From NCBI RefSeq assembly GCF_963921235.1, contig NC_086097.1, positions 217,994,001 to 218,058,000 on the forward strand: a stretch of DNA of 64,000 nucleotides, read 5' to 3'. The stretch comes from Mobula hypostoma. Taxonomy: Eukaryota. Position 1 is the stretch's first letter. Each line of letters begins with the position of its first letter. The position numbers and the translations under genes were made by a program. Below the pieces are notes generated by a model that worked only from the letters and a program-made list of their open reading frames with translations, searched no databases and was not told the origin of the DNA. Shown here piece after piece: positions 63,625 through 64,000 of the stretch.

Positions 63625-64000
63625 AAAAATATTGACTGTTCCTTTTGCCTCCTTAGATGCTGCCTGGCTTGCTACATTCCTCTAGTAGCTTGTGCATTTG
63701 CTGCAGGCCTTCAGCATATGCAATCTTGTATCTCGAATTTGTATCCCCTTCATTTCAGAACAAAAAGATTCTCTAAAGATTAGACAATTGTTTAAAATCA
63801 AAAACAAGAACAGAAAATGCATCTATGGAAATAAAAATATAATTAACATTTTCAGTTGAAGAACTTTATTCATATAAGTAAGAAAAAGATTAGTTTTAAG
63901 TTTCAGAGAAGTTGATGGGAGAGATGGATAGGATCAGAAATATCTATGATTGATTGAGCCAGAGATTCTGGAGGAGTGAGTTTAAATGGGCTGGGGAGAG

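Overview
Vertebrate nuclear DNA, not prokaryotic. The repeat landscape (CR1, Rex1/Babar and RTE LINEs, Tc1 and Tigger DNA transposons, abundant Penelope-type palindromic elements) suggests a cartilaginous fish, probably a ray; that is an inference. The whole window lies inside one + strand gene, CSPP1. I read 16 GT-AG coding exons (891-61500) that join in phase into one open frame matching the C-terminal half of human CSPP1 as I recall it; start and stop codons are outside the window. The introns are mostly transposon debris. Most notable: (1) short non-coding, often palindromic Penelope-like inserts with 10-13 bp target duplications, whose arms contain a minimal type I hammerhead ribozyme core; (2) an internally deleted LTR-bounded endogenous retrovirus (32020-37264, minus) with a 5-bp TSD, tRNA-Leu PBS, two zinc knuckles, no recognisable env and a hydrophobic segment at the Gag N-terminus; (3) several templated-insertion or fold-back scars; (4) a Tigger element resembling mammalian Tigger4/MER2. 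Family names come from motif recall, not database searches. Boundaries of old repeats are approximate. I cannot establish that anything here is undescribed.
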